A stretch of 61,593 nt of DNA, filler included, from Aduncisulcus paluster (taxonomy: Eukaryota): the NCBI GenBank assembly GCA_024181965.1. It is 6 parts of 6 records of this genome, joined end to end, with 100 filler letters (N's around TTAATTAATTAA, not from the genome) between each part and the next. Parts side by side here need not be neighbours in the genome. Positions count along the whole stretch, not along the records: positions 1 to 11,871 come from BQXS01010839.1; 5 more parts are not named here. One strand, given 5' to 3'. Position numbers and translations under genes: made by a program. Positions within the stretch are counted from its first letter, which is position 1. Every line of letters starts with the position of its first letter. A model generated the notes under the pieces. That model searched no databases. It saw nothing but the letters and a program-made list of their open reading frames with translations, and was not told the origin of the DNA. Shown here piece by piece: positions 1-11,086 of the stretch.

Positions 1-3000
1 ATATAAATGAATTCGACAAGAGAGAAGGAAGAGAGAAGAACTTCGAAAATGAAGATGTGACTTCGGAGGATGAATTATCAGACTCGCCATGGCTCTTATC
101 CAAAACTTTTCTGCGTTTCCTACTTTCAAATTCTTCCTCTTCAGATGGATCACAGATACATACAGCACGCACATTGATCAACCTTCGCTGTATGATGGAG
201 ATCAATGTATTTCTTTCAACATCAGACCCAACCTCTTCTGAAATTGAACTTATGAGAGAGTCTACAAAGGTACTGGGCAAGAGAGAGAGCAAGAATGAAG
301 GTAATGGCATCGCAGAAGCAGAAAGAGGGCTATCGTCACCACAATTAACACACAAAGCCATGATAATATTCAACCAAATATATTTAGCAACAATATCACT
401 ACTCCTTGCAAACAAACACACTCTTTCATTGTCCACGACAGCACTTGACACGATTGACTGGAGTAAGGTGAGGGCAGAAGATGGCAGAGATTCGAATTGA
501 GACCCGGAAGAGTGAGAAGATAGTGATATGTCGGGTTGTACAAGTTTCACATTCATTCCATCACAAACCATTCGAACACACTCATAAGTGAACATTCCTT
601 CACAAGCACGAATGATGCACACACGGTTACTATTGACATGTGGAGTGGCAGAGAGGGCTGATGATACAGATGAGATAATGTGAAGAGAAGATGAGGTAAA
701 GGGAACATTCAAAGTATCATCACCAAGACCCCCGGAACCATCAACAGTTTGACCAACTTGTCCCTTTCCGTGTTGAGATGTCTCGAGATCAATCCAACGC
801 CCAACACGGACACTAATTCCACCATTTTTCTGAACAGCCCGTTTCCAGATTGTCAAAAATGCAGGGACTGAAATGGGAGTGAACCAGGATGTTAAAGACA
901 CAAGAGCAGGACCCTTGGCTTCACCGGATCCAGTGTGGGAATGAGAGGTGGAGAGAGGAGATAGCACAAATGGAACACTAGAAGAAGAGTCAACGCCAGA
1001 GAAATTTCCGTTCAACAAAGAATCATACAAAATAGATTCAGGATATATATTTGAAGTGAATTTTAAACATCCATTCTTGCAATTACTCTGGAATGAAGCA
1101 AGATGTGGTGGTAAAGAGCAAGAAGGAGGCATCATTTCTCCAATAGCCATCAACAACACCCGAATAATCTTCTTCCTTATAGCAACATCAATGATACGAC
1201 CAACAACCATCTTGATTCCCATATCAACGATGCATCCACATATTGAACCAATGTCTGCCATCTTACCCACGGCAACAGAAGCCAACGATGTCATCCACGA
1301 GAGGAGAACACGAAGACCAACACGGAGAGAAGATCCAGGAGCATCTGACTCATTTCCACCATCAGAAGATTGAACAGCCTTCTTCCTTTCTTTATCATAA
1401 AAATGAATGATCTTCACCATCATATGAGAAATTTTCATAGCAACAGTTTCAAGTGCTTGGATGGAAGGAACTGAGGAAGAAGATGATTGGAACGAATCAG
1501 AAGAATGTCCTCCAAGAATATTAACAAACATAGGGTGAAGGATAAGAGGAATATGATCCTCTGGAACATGGGAGAGGGATGGGAAAGAATATCTATTTTC
1601 ATATCCACGTCCAAATAGTTCAAGGGAAGAAAGACCACTACCAGAGGATTCTCCTTCACTGACATTCGCAATTCCGCGGGATCTTTTCTCAGTTTCTTTT
1701 TCCCAACCTTTCCTCATTCGAACACACAAACCAAATAACACCCTTCCAGCAATTTTATCCATATCTCCATGTTTCATAGCTCCAATGACACAGACACTCA
1801 TTGCACCAGAGAGACGTTCATCAATTTCAATCCGTCCCTTCTCGCTGTTTGGAACTGTGGAAGTGAGAATTAATGTCGTGTTCAGGATTTTGATGGATTT
1901 TGGCGTGGAATTTGACCCGGAAGACGAAGCAACAGTGATTTTGCCATGGTCGACGATACTTCTGATCAATGAAAACAGCATGACATGTCCATATTTGTCT
2001 TGTTCAAGAGTGTCAACATGCCGTAAAATGAGGAATAGATGAGGTGGAGATGAACTAGATCCAGCAGAAGATGAAGACACCCCGCTGGTTGAAATACTAT
2101 CACTATTTTCAGTCCCAAGAGATTTAGGGAACCATTCAGTTTCTCCGTCGTCATTGACACGTTCATCAACACATCTACGAACCACTTCAAGAACCTCATT
2201 ACACTGGGTGAATGGTGTACAAACAATCTCTTCGCATGTCACACTTTCTCCAAGACGAATTCGTTGATATTCACGAATTGCATGACGAATGGACTCAACC
2301 TTTCCACTCTCTCCAGCACCATAAACAATGGCACTACGTCCACACAAAAGTTGGGGCAAGAGAGATGCAGAAAGAGAGAGAAGAGGGATTGTGTTAATAA
2401 CACGGGTTGATCTCAGGATCCTTTCAATGTCATGTTCACTGGAAGCAGAAGAAAGGGATCCCAGATCAGCAACAGTGGGATCTGAAGAAATCCATTCTCC
2501 ATTAATGGCGGGAATGGTGAACCGACTTCCAACAGAGATATCGAAATACATACACAGTTCCTTGAACAAAGCATCTCGAGCCGCGGTAGACACGGCTGTA
2601 TGACTCAAAGAGTGACATACGCAGGTCATCATTCTCTTCTTATCTTCAGGTGTGAGTTCAAGAATGATTTCACCATCGCTTCGCGAACGGCCGTACAAAA
2701 GGTAGGCAACGGCAGCAGCACAACACTGGGATAAACTGGCTTGCAATGAAACGGGTTTAATTGTTGTATCGTTCTTCCGATTATAATTACTCAGGAAGAC
2801 TACTGCTCGAGAGAGTTGTTTTGACATGTAGGCCAGTGTAGAGATGGATATACAATATTGTGAATCAACCTTCTTCTTATTATATTTGGAACTGGTCTTA
2901 TAACCTTGGTAAACACGGGAGATGTCATCAGGAAGGTAGGAAACAATTGAAGGAGGTAGAGATGCCAAGAGACTCAACAAAACAGTATTATCAATACTAT

Positions 3001-6000
3001 CATGTGGCAAAAGAGCTCTTGTTATTGAGAAGGCATATGACTCGACGACAGCATTATCACCATCCTCTCCTTTCTCATCATCCATAAATAGAGTTCCCAT
3101 TCTCGAAACAGTAGCAGGGGAGGCGTGAACAAGGGAATCGGTCTCAAAAATAAAGTTAGTTGCATTAACATGATGATCAAATTTGATACGTTCTCCGGAA
3201 GGAAGAGAAAGGAGACAATTATCATCAAGAAGAGAATTTAGAGATTCAATCCACACAGGATCAACACATCCATCACAGACAACCCAATGACGCTCCTCAA
3301 CATCCTTTTGTTGGGAAACATCTTCGTCCACTGGGTTATCAGGGCCAGAAGAATCCTTTGTAATACGACTTTCAGCAAGGGAAACATGTTGACTTCTTGG
3401 AATACGAATACTCTCTTCACAGGACACACGTGCACTCTCAGTCAAAAAACCATCTTTCCATTCTCCACTTTCAGAATCGACATATCCCATCAAAACAGGA
3501 CGTGGAACACTCTTGGGTGCAATACAATGAACTATAGTGGAGGATAAAGGTTTATAAAGAGCCAAGGCCACCCTCAACACACGCCACAATGTACTCTTCC
3601 CAGAACCTGCAGGTCCAACAATCATTACTCCCATCCGCTGCTCCATGAGGGTGTACAGTTGGGAAACACGATGGATCTGCTGTGTGTGTGGAGTGAGTGA
3701 GAGCAAGAGAAATGCAAGGTGAATGCATGCAGATAAAGTGGGTGGTACAGAAGCAGAGGGGGACATGGAATCATCAAGAATAACAGAGGGGGAACAACTC
3801 TTCCGTTGACTCATATCTTTGTCAATTTCTTCTTCGTCTCCACTTTTAACCTTGCCTTCGGCCATATCCATGACGTTTTGCCCACTTCTCTTGAATACAT
3901 CACATACCAAGACTCGGAACACAGTGCTATCTCCAGCCGTAAGTTTACACAAGGTGCTGTTCACGACAGCCTGTGTCAAAATTCTTTCTTCGTGTGCTTC
4001 AAAATTCCTTACAAGGGCTGATTTGGAAGAAGAGGAAGTCATTCCACGCGGGGAAGTACGATCAGACCCAGAAGACTGTTCCACGGGCTGGCCTTGTTCA
4101 TAACTCTCAAGTAAAAGAGCAGAAGCAGACCGAAGAACTGTCTTCAATGCTCTCAATCCCCAATCATAATGCTTTTGGCTGGATAACCGACTTTTACAGA
4201 GCGAGAATAAAAGACAGGATTTTCTACTCAACAATTCAGCACTACGAAATCCACTTGTTTGGAGGAATACATTCGCAATCAATTCACTATCTGGTCTGAG
4301 CATTGCCACTGCTCGGAACAACTGTTTGATTGAGGAAGGAAGTTCATACCTCCCACCATATCCTTTCCCCGCGGGATTCATAGTCACATAAACGCCACTG
4401 CTTTCCTTAAAGTTGAATATCTTTTCACCAAGAAGTTCAATACATACACGAGAATCAGCAGCTCCATCATCTTCCTTAACAAGACCTTGTCTTCTCTTCT
4501 CAGTCTTTGATTTAATTCCTGTCATGATATTTTGAAGTTGTTGAGCAATATAAGCCATGGTTTGTGGCGTAAGACGATTGAATTCATCCCAACATGCAAC
4601 AGCCCCACACAAAACAACTCCTTTAAGAATCCTTCCCATACTTTTAGCATTGACATTACTGTCACAATTGAAAATAAGAACAAGACGACCAGTGTAAAAT
4701 GAGAGAGCTTTCACTGTTTCGGTTTTACCGGTTCCTGCCGGCCCATAAGGATTTCCACCATACCCAAGAGCCTGAGCCTCACCCAAGGCAACAAAACATT
4801 TTTCTGTTAATGGTGTGTACACGAGACGGGATGGAACACCTTGATACTCGTAAACATAGTCAAAGGTACCATGAGAAACACATACAGAAATTGAAAACAA
4901 AGGCGATCCAACACCGTGTGAATGTGAAGAGCTTGCATCCTTTGATGTCTCACCTTCATCCTCCTCTTCACGCTCTTCGATAAATGGATAGTATCGAAGC
5001 TGTTTCATATATTCCCAATTTGTATAGGAGCCAACGCGAGAATCATAACACGATTGGGCAATGCTTTGGTTGTGGAATAAATCGATTGAGAGTGATTCAA
5101 GGATGGATCTTGCTGTAGATTGGGTAGGTATTGAAGATGAAGTTGATGAAGGAGATTTTGATGATTTGGGGATGGATGAAGAGTCCCCGAAAGTTCCAGA
5201 ACCTTTCTTCTTCTTACTTGAAAGATCAGAATCGGCGCTAACTTTCCTCATTTCCACAGCCATCAAATCCATTCTCTTGTGGCATACTTCAACGAGGTGT
5301 TCAAGGAGATGGTGTTGAACTGCAATATCAAGAGCAAGAGTGAATGATAAATGGGCGAGAGTCGAGAGAACTTGAGAAGGATATCCAGAGGAAATGAGAG
5401 TTTTTGAATACGAATCAAGGATACTTATTGCCTCTTGTTGAGTTAACCTGGCCAATGATTTCCTTCTTGTGTCAATAGATATTTCAACACCACTAACAGA
5501 TCCATTACCTCTGCGAACAGCCTCAGTAACATTCTCGACCTCGCCAACGCGATGGAATATCTCCTTAACACACACTCTCCAACCTCGCTCAGAGGCAGAA
5601 CGGATGCTTCGTTTCATCTCACGCACGAATTGTCCAAGCCATTGTTCACTATCACTTCCCCCAATATACACGGGGTTATCTAATTTCACAATCTCTCCAA
5701 CTGAACTACCAAAGCTTACAACATTCTCACCTTCAGTTTGAAGGGAAGAAACTCCCTGGAATAATTTTGTCAGGTGTGGGGTTATTGTAGCTATTTTTAG
5801 ATCAACACTCACATTCTTTCCAGAAGCTTGAGAAAGAATCTTCAATAAATCCTCATCTGATAAAAAATAGAATCGAGGGAAAGCACTCCTCTTTCGCTCA
5901 AGGTATACAACCAGAGCCTTTTGAATGATATCAAGGCTTTTCTTCATTGATGTAAGAAGAATGAGTACAGGAGATGATGTTGGGGAAGTAGCTGAAGATG

Positions 6001-9000
6001 TGACGGACGAACTTCCTTGGTGACCCCCAGAGCTCCCAGAAGAACTTGAAGCAGAAGAGAGAATTGACACAGCATGGGAAGATAGAGATGATGGTGCAAG
6101 TGATAGCAAACGAGAGACAAGAGGGGAGGAAGGAAGGAATGGAGATCCAAACAAATCAACTTGAGTTCTGGCATCACTTGTTTCCTTCTCATCATCAAAC
6201 AACTCGTCACTCGAAGAACCATCACCAGTGGCACTCAAATGAATTAATATTTCTGCAAGAATGACACTCACAGACTCAAATCTTCGTTGTTGTTCAGGTA
6301 GAGCTCCTTTTCCCATGACAGGCTCAATGAATAACCATTGTCGCTGAACTTGAGCAAAAGTTCGAAGGATTTGTTGAAGAAGATTCAGACGAACTCCCCA
6401 CATTTCCGTTTGATTGATAAGTCTGCTCACAAATGGAGATGATGCGAGAGAGGAAAGGAGAGTGAGTTTCGCAGACAAAGCTGATAACAATGAAGAGAAA
6501 GTGGCCACCAATGGAAGATATAATACTCCAGTCCGACCTCCAATACTTGGGGAAGAAACCACATCCGTTTCCATATCCTTTCTCACGAGAACCGATGGGA
6601 TATGTTTGCATTCTTTTATCATACATTTTTGAGAGGTCATTGAAGGAACATACCATTTCATACGAACTTTTCCCTCTTCTCCATACCATAAAGTGAGCTC
6701 TTGGAGGCCTCTTCTCACGACGGATTCTCCCTCAGCTCTCCGAATCAACTTTTTGAGTACTGCTTGTTTGGACAAAGCGCTTGAACACAAGAAATGAAGG
6801 GGAGATAACCACTCACCAATCCGTTTCTTCCTCTCTCCAGGCAATGGAGATGCAACGAGAGTAATATTTACGTTGCACAAATTCACAATTTCAACCCAAT
6901 GATCAGGTTCAAGCGAAGTGAGTGACAAAGTTCGGAGAAGAGGAGAGAGAGAGGAAAGAGATGCAGCAAGTGATGTGATAGAGGTTACAGACAGGGAAAG
7001 GACAGAGGAGAGGCCGTTCATGAGGATACTTTGAGAAAAGTCGACAACGTTATCCTCAGAATTCTGAATAATATCATCAGAATCTAGAAGAGAGATTTTC
7101 TTGACGCCAATAATTTCCATTTGATGCAAATTTTCTTCTTCTTCGCGTTTCCATTGTTTTCCAACAACTTCAAGCTTTTCACACAAATCCACAATGCCTC
7201 CAAGCTGAATACGATCCCAACACATCGATGACGAGTTAATCAGTTGAAAAAGGTGGAAATTGAAGAAGTTAGGGGTATTATTGAGAAGAGGAATGAATCT
7301 TTTCAGAATGTCAGCGAGTGATGACAGAGAAACAAGGGAGGCATGATAATCTGAAGAATCATCGCCTCCACTAACAGTTGAGGATGGAAGAACAAGTTTA
7401 GACTCCTCCAAAAGATCATTAACCTTCCCCAAAACAATGGTGGCGTCATCAAGAACAGCTCGAAGGGGAGGTAGGGAAGCAAGAAGAGGGTAAATCTGAG
7501 AAACGACGTGAACAGGATCAAGTGAATGAGAATTTGAACCATCTTCAAAATCTTCGGTATTCAGAACTTCACCTGCATCTTGTCGGGCCTTGTTTTGCCG
7601 AAGAGTGATCTCAATCTCCTTGAGTTTGGATGAAGTATCTTTTTCAATCTGCAACATATTCTCACGACTATCTCCAGCTTCTGCCCACCTTCGAACGACG
7701 ACAGAGCCATTCCAACCATCAGCAGAACTTGAAGAAGTTATGAGATTCTGACTCATTTCTTCAGCCCACGCTCCAATACATACACCGATACGCTCACATA
7801 TCCCTCTAACTTCTTCACGAACACCCCCCTTTCCCGTGAGACGTTCAAGGATTTCTTCTCTCATTCGTTCAATGAGAACACGTCTTCTTCCCTCAACACC
7901 GTCCATTGTATGATGGAGATGCATGAGAGAGGTCGAAGATGAAGACAGAAGAGAAGAGAGACGGGATGAGAGAGGAGCATATTCAGGAAGAGGAGGAGAT
8001 ACGGTATGCATTGGTGTTGCCAAGATCGTGGCAGATTCTTTTACAATGTGAAGCAAATGTTTGGTAATTGTAAATAATTGCTTTGACCATTTTTCATTTC
8101 GTTTTAAAACACTCTTCTCACTGGTCAAGAACATTTGAACTTCCGTCATCTTACTGGATATTCCAGATAGAGCCTTCGGAGAGGACAGATCAACAGAAAG
8201 AGCCTTCACAAAACTATTGACGTGGTCGTCAGTGTTATGAATGAGAGATTCGCAATGACAAAGCATACAATCACATAAAACAGCAGCAAATATTGCACTG
8301 AATCTATACAACGATTCCTTAATTGGACCAACATTCACAGCAATACGAGTTCCATTCACCAAGAAATGTTCACATTGTGGAGTGGATGAATGAGGCACTA
8401 GGAATTGCATGCATGGTGCAAGGGGTTCCTTGTTCTTTTTGCCCTTGTCAGAATCGGTGTCAGCTTTTGTTTGTTCTGGCTGAGCCCGTTTATCTTCTCT
8501 CTCTCGTTGACTTCTCAGTTTTGGCTTGGGCTTCAAAGAAGGAGAGGCGGGATACATACCTCTTTCGACAATCATTTGGTAAGCTTTTGCTCGCTTTCCA
8601 TTCAACGTGAAGAAAGCAATAATAGCCTTGAAAACAGGAGCTAATTGCGTTATAGCAGAATGTTCGAATGGAGAGAAAGAATCGTCAACAGTAAGTTCCG
8701 CATCAGGTTGGGCAGGGTTAGAATCAGATCCTGTAGAATCACTATCAGCATCAGAGTCATGTGTTTGGGCATGTGATTTCTGTTTCCAGCCATTCAAGAT
8801 ACTCCTTTCCATCTTTGCAATCATCTCCTTTATATCTGAGCCACCTAGACATGATAAATCGTCGAAACAATGTATCACTCGATAAATTCGAGCCAATACA
8901 CGTTCGACAGAGGCGTACAATGGCGCAAGAAGAGGAGAGGCTATGTCGGAAAAGAATTTCGAATCAGCATTTGAGGCAGTCACTTCCGCTGCTGATGACC

Positions 9001-10903
9001 CAATTGAAAGGATATCAAGAATCCTCATGGGAGACACAAGGACCCTGTTAATGAATTTATAGAGAGATGTTCGAATATGGCCTAAACTCGGAGAGCATAT
9101 CGGCATCTTCGCGGTATTGTCATACAAAATGTTCACGACCCCAGCCTCAATTGCATCGTCATTATTCAATGAACCTGGGAGAGTAAATAATAATGAAGAC
9201 TGTGATTCATTCTTAACAAAGAAATCGCCAGGCATCTGTTGGAGAGCAACTTTTAGTTCACGACCAAGCATTTTCCTCACTTCAACTCGGAGATGCATTG
9301 TCCATCTCCTCACATCCTTTCCTTTATGTGCGTAATGCTGAAGTTTCCTCTTGATCTCCATGACAGCAGTCTGAAAAGAAGAGAGTGAGGCTTCATGAAG
9401 GAATAGATTGCGTTCAGAATGTGACAACACCTGTTCAAGAGAACTCATCATCTCTGAATGTACTCTAACAAGCTGAGTATTGATATCATCGAGTGAAAGA
9501 GCAGACGAAACAAGGGCTCTTGTCCAACGACCAAGTTCTTCAAGACTGTCAGTACTGTGCTCAATTCCAACAAGACGGCTTGATGGAGACACCATGAAAC
9601 GCTTCACATCTTTCTCAAAATCAACAGCCTCTGTCAATAAAGGAGCCAGGAAAGGCAATAGCTTGGAAGCAAGAGAATTATGAACACAGCAAACCTGGTG
9701 AAGCTGTGTAACATATGAGAATAAAGAAGATATATTATGAGCAAATTTCTTAACATCGTCACTGAGAACCTTGTTTTTCTTTTCATATCCAAGAGAAGCT
9801 AGTCCTCTCACCTCTTGAAGGAAAATAGATGAATTCTTAGGAAAGTTAACAACCAGGTGGCCATTTTTATCATTAAGAGACATCAAACAATCGCTGTTGC
9901 TACCACCACTCAGCCCACCTTCTTTATCTATTTTTTCTATCATCCCACGAACATCTCTTACCCATCCTTTAACAAGATCTCCTTCTTTGGTTTTGGCATT
10001 GTCAAACAATGACATTCCCATTGGTCTGATTACTTTTTCATAATCAATGGAAAGGGAAGAGATAGAAGAGGAATAAGAGCTTTCTCCTTCTTTCTCTGAG
10101 CTATCAACTTCTTTTTCTCTCAATAAAGAACTGGTCCCACTCAGGACTGCACGACCAGTGTTTCGAATGGAACGAATAAAGAGAAGGGTCGATATCAGGG
10201 CAGGAGAGGAAGTAGAAGGGAGGGAATGGATGAAAGGGGAGATGGAAGAGAGGGGAGGAGAAACGGGAGAAGCCTCGTCCATTTCTTGTGCTTTTTCATA
10301 CTTTCTAATCATGGAATAATTTGGAACTCCCTCTAAAATATGGTTAAGCTGCTCAAGACAAGCTTTGGCACGATCATACACATATTGAGGCAACGGTGTG
10401 GCAAATAGATGTTTTCTCAGAGATTCACGTTGTAAAAGAGGAGCAAAATGATGTAATAATGGCAAAGATGATGAGAGAGGGATGGAAAGAGAGGAGAAAG
10501 ATGGCTCAATTGTGGTTGGTAATGAACCTCCAACAGAGCTGACAGATTCACTATCAATGATTATTCTACTTAATGTTTCAGCTGCTTCAAGCTCCATAGA
10601 GATGAGATGTACTTCTAATGGCTTGAGAAGGGCAGTAAAAGCCTCTTTTGAGTCAAGGGATTTGGCCAATGATGGCATGTCGAATGGAAGCTGTTCAGGG
10701 CCAGTAGAGATGTGGAGAGATTTGAATAAAGTCTTGGTTTCCAATATTGAATTAAGATATTTAGTATTTTCTATAGCTATACTCGCGTTTTCGACGGATT
10801 CGTCTTCCATAATTGAAGACAACTTGCCATCAATAATGGCCTTAAGCGCCGCACTGCTCTTCTTCTCAAAGCAGGCGGCGATTTCTGCTTTTAGGGCTTC
10901 CAT
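1..10903 (-). CDS. DYNC2H1: Cytoplasmic dynein-2 (IFT dynein) heavy chain, 3'-partial (runs off window start)
   Basis: Manual minus-strand translation at sampled positions, all in one frame from ATG 10903 (MEALKAEIAACF). AAA1 reads ALGYGGNPYGPAGTGKTETVKAL...VLIFNCD at ~4670-4770, the dynein-2-type GNPYGPAGTGKT. AAA2 reads RMGVMIVGPAGSGKST at ~3590-3640 and WVVCDGCVDPVWIESLNSLLDDN...LPSGERI...ASPATVSRMG at ~3090-3290. The many plus-strand ORFs here are antisense shadows. Confidence 0.93.
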   Translation of the reverse strand, partial: MEALKAEIAACFEKKSSAALKAIIDGKLSSIMEDESVENASIAIENTKYLNSILETKTLFKSLHISTGPEQLPFDMPSLAKSLDSKEAFTALLKPLEVHLISMELEAAETLSRIIIDSESVSSVGGSLPTTIEPSFSSLSIPLSSSLPLLHHFAPLLQRESLRKHLFATPLPQYVYDRAKACLEQLNHILEGVPNYSMIRKYEKAQEMDEASPVSPPLSSISPFIHSLPSTSSPALISTLLFIRSIRNTGRAVLSGTSSLLREKEVDSSEKEGESSYSSSISSLSIDYEKVIRPMGMSLFDNAKTKEGDLVKGWVRDVRGMIEKIDKEGGLSGGSNSDCLMSLNDKNGHLVVNFPKNSSIFLQEVRGLASLGYEKKNKVLSDDVKKFAHNISSLFSYVTQLHQVCCVHNSLASKLLPFLAPLLTEAVDFEKDVKRFMVSPSSRLVGIEHSTDSLEELGRWTRALVSSALSLDDINTQLVRVHSEMMSSLEQVLSHSERNLFLHEASLSSFQTAVMEIKRKLQHYAHKGKDVRRWTMHLRVEVRKMLGRELKVALQQMPGDFFVKNESQSSLLFTLPGSLNNDDAIEAGVVNILYDNTAKMPICSPSLGHIRTSLYKFINRVLVSPMRILDILSIGSSAAEVTASNADSKFFSDIASPLLAPLYASVERVLARIYRVIHCFDDLSCLGGSDIKEMIAKMERSILNGWKQKSHAQTHDSDADSDSTGSDSNPAQPDAELTVDDSFSPFEHSAITQLAPVFKAIIAFFTLNGKRAKAYQMIVERGMYPASPSLKPKPKLRSQREREDKRAQPEQTKADTDSDKGKKNKEPLAPCMQFLVPHSSTPQCEHFLVNGTRIAVNVGPIKESLYRFSAIFAAVLCDCMLCHCESLIHNTDDHVNSFVKALSVDLSSPKALSGISSKMTEVQMFLTSEKSVLKRNEKWSKQLFTITKHLLHIVKESATILATPMHTVSPPLPEYAPLSSRLSSLLSSSSTSLMHLHHTMDGVEGRRRVLIERMREEILERLTGKGGVREEVRGICERIGVCIGAWAEEMSQNLITSSSSADGWNGSVVVRRWAEAGDSRENMLQIEKDTSSKLKEIEITLRQNKARQDAGEVLNTEDFEDGSNSHSLDPVHVVSQIYPLLASLPPLRAVLDDATIVLGKVNDLLEESKLVLPSSTVSGGDDSSDYHASLVSLSSLADILKRFIPLLNNTPNFFNFHLFQLINSSSMCWDRIQLGGIVDLCEKLEVVGKQWKREEEENLHQMEIIGVKKISLLDSDDIIQNSEDNVVDFSQSILMNGLSSVLSLSVTSITSLAASLSSLSPLLRTLSLTSLEPDHWVEIVNLCNVNITLVASPLPGERKKRIGEWLSPLHFLCSSALSKQAVLKKLIRRAEGESVVRRGLQELTLWYGEEGKVRMKWYVPSMTSQKCMIKECKHIPSVLVRKDMETDVVSSPSIGGRTGVLYLPLVATFSSLLSALSAKLTLLSSLASSPFVSRLINQTEMWGVRLNLLQQILRTFAQVQRQWLFIEPVMGKGALPEQQRRFESVSVILAEILIHLSATGDGSSSDELFDDEKETSDARTQVDLFGSPFLPSSPLVSRLLSLAPSSLSSHAVSILSSASSSSGSSGGHQGSSSVTSSATSPTSSPVLILLTSMKKSLDIIQKALVVYLERKRSAFPRFYFLSDEDLLKILSQASGKNVSVDLKIATITPHLTKLFQGVSSLQTEGENVVSFGSSVGEIVKLDNPVYIGGSDSEQWLGQFVREMKRSIRSASERGWRVCVKEIFHRVGEVENVTEAVRRGNGSVSGVEISIDTRRKSLARLTQQEAISILDSYSKTLISSGYPSQVLSTLAHLSFTLALDIAVQHHLLEHLVEVCHKRMDLMAVEMRKVSADSDLSSKKKKGSGTFGDSSSIPKSSKSPSSTSSSIPTQSTARSILESLSIDLFHNQSIAQSCYDSRVGSYTNWEYMKQLRYYPFIEEREEEDEGETSKDASSSHSHGVGSPLFSISVCVSHGTFDYVYEYQGVPSRLVYTPLTEKCFVALGEAQALGYGGNPYGPAGTGKTETVKALSFYTGRLVLIFNCDSNVNAKSMGRILKGVVLCGAVACWDEFNRLTPQTMAYIAQQLQNIMTGIKSKTEKRRQGLVKEDDGAADSRVCIELLGEKIFNFKESSGVYVTMNPAGKGYGGRYELPSSIKQLFRAVAMLRPDSELIANVFLQTSGFRSAELLSRKSCLLFSLCKSRLSSQKHYDWGLRALKTVLRSASALLLESYEQGQPVEQSSGSDRTSPRGMTSSSSKSALVRNFEAHEERILTQAVVNSTLCKLTAGDSTVFRVLVCDVFKRSGQNVMDMAEGKVKSGDEEEIDKDMSQRKSCSPSVILDDSMSPSASVPPTLSACIHLAFLLLSLTPHTQQIHRVSQLYTLMEQRMGVMIVGPAGSGKSTLWRVLRVALALYKPLSSTIVHCIAPKSVPRPVLMGYVDSESGEWKDGFLTESARVSCEESIRIPRSQHVSLAESRITKDSSGPDNPVDEDVSQQKDVEERHWVVCDGCVDPVWIESLNSLLDDNCLLSLPSGERIKFDHHVNATNFIFETDSLVHASPATVSRMGTLFMDDEKGEDGDNAVVESYAFSITRALLPHDSIDNTVLLSLLASLPPSIVSYLPDDISRVYQGYKTSSKYNKKKVDSQYCISISTLAYMSKQLSRAVVFLSNYNRKNDTTIKPVSLQASLSQCCAAAVAYLLYGRSRSDGEIILELTPEDKKRMMTCVCHSLSHTAVSTAARDALFKELCMYFDISVGSRFTIPAINGEWISSDPTVADLGSLSSASSEHDIERILRSTRVINTIPLLSLSASLLPQLLCGRSAIVYGAGESGKVESIRHAIREYQRIRLGESVTCEEIVCTPFTQCNEVLEVVRRCVDERVNDDGETEWFPKSLGTENSDSISTSGVSSSSAGSSSSPPHLFLILRHVDTLEQDKYGHVMLFSLIRSIVDHGKITVASSSGSNSTPKSIKILNTTLILTSTVPNSEKGRIEIDERLSGAMSVCVIGAMKHGDMDKIAGRVLFGLCVRMRKGWEKETEKRSRGIANVSEGESSGSGLSSLELFGRGYENRYSFPSLSHVPEDHIPLILHPMFVNILGGHSSDSFQSSSSSVPSIQALETVAMKISHMMVKIIHFYDKERKKAVQSSDGGNESDAPGSSLRVGLRVLLSWMTSLASVAVGKMADIGSICGCIVDMGIKMVVGRIIDVAIRKKIIRVLLMAIGEMMPPSCSLPPHLASFQSNCKNGCLKFTSNIYPESILYDSLLNGNFSGVDSSSSVPFVLSPLSTSHSHTGSGEAKGPALVSLTSWFTPISVPAFLTIWKRAVQKNGGISVRVGRWIDLETSQHGKGQVGQTVDGSGGLGDDTLNVPFTSSSLHIISSVSSALSATPHVNSNRVCIIRACEGMFTYECVRMVCDGMNVKLVQPDISLSSHSSGSQFESLPSSALTLLQSIVSSAVVDNERVCLFARSSDIVAKYIWLNIIMALCVNCGDDSPLSASAMPLPSFLLSLLPSTFVDSLISSISEEVGSDVERNTLISIIQRRLINVRAVCICDPSEEEEFESRKRRKVLDKSHGESDNSSSEVTSSFSKFFSLPSLLSNSFI

Positions 10904-11086
10904 GTTACAAAATCATGGTTAAGCAATACACTGTTTATTTGATCTAATTTAAAGACTTTCAAACAGTTTTAATCTTGAAAATAAAAAGAATATGTTCATT
11001 TATGCTAATTATTTTTCAGATCAATTGCAGTTAGACCATTTTTGCATTTTTCGATTTCATTTTGTCGAACATTCATTTCTTATTTG

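Noticed and set aside
57-10922. Dozens of short plus-strand ORFs (also those opposite the Furry, EGF and LRR genes)
   Set aside because: They are antisense or alternative-frame shadows of long real genes, with no recognisable motifs.
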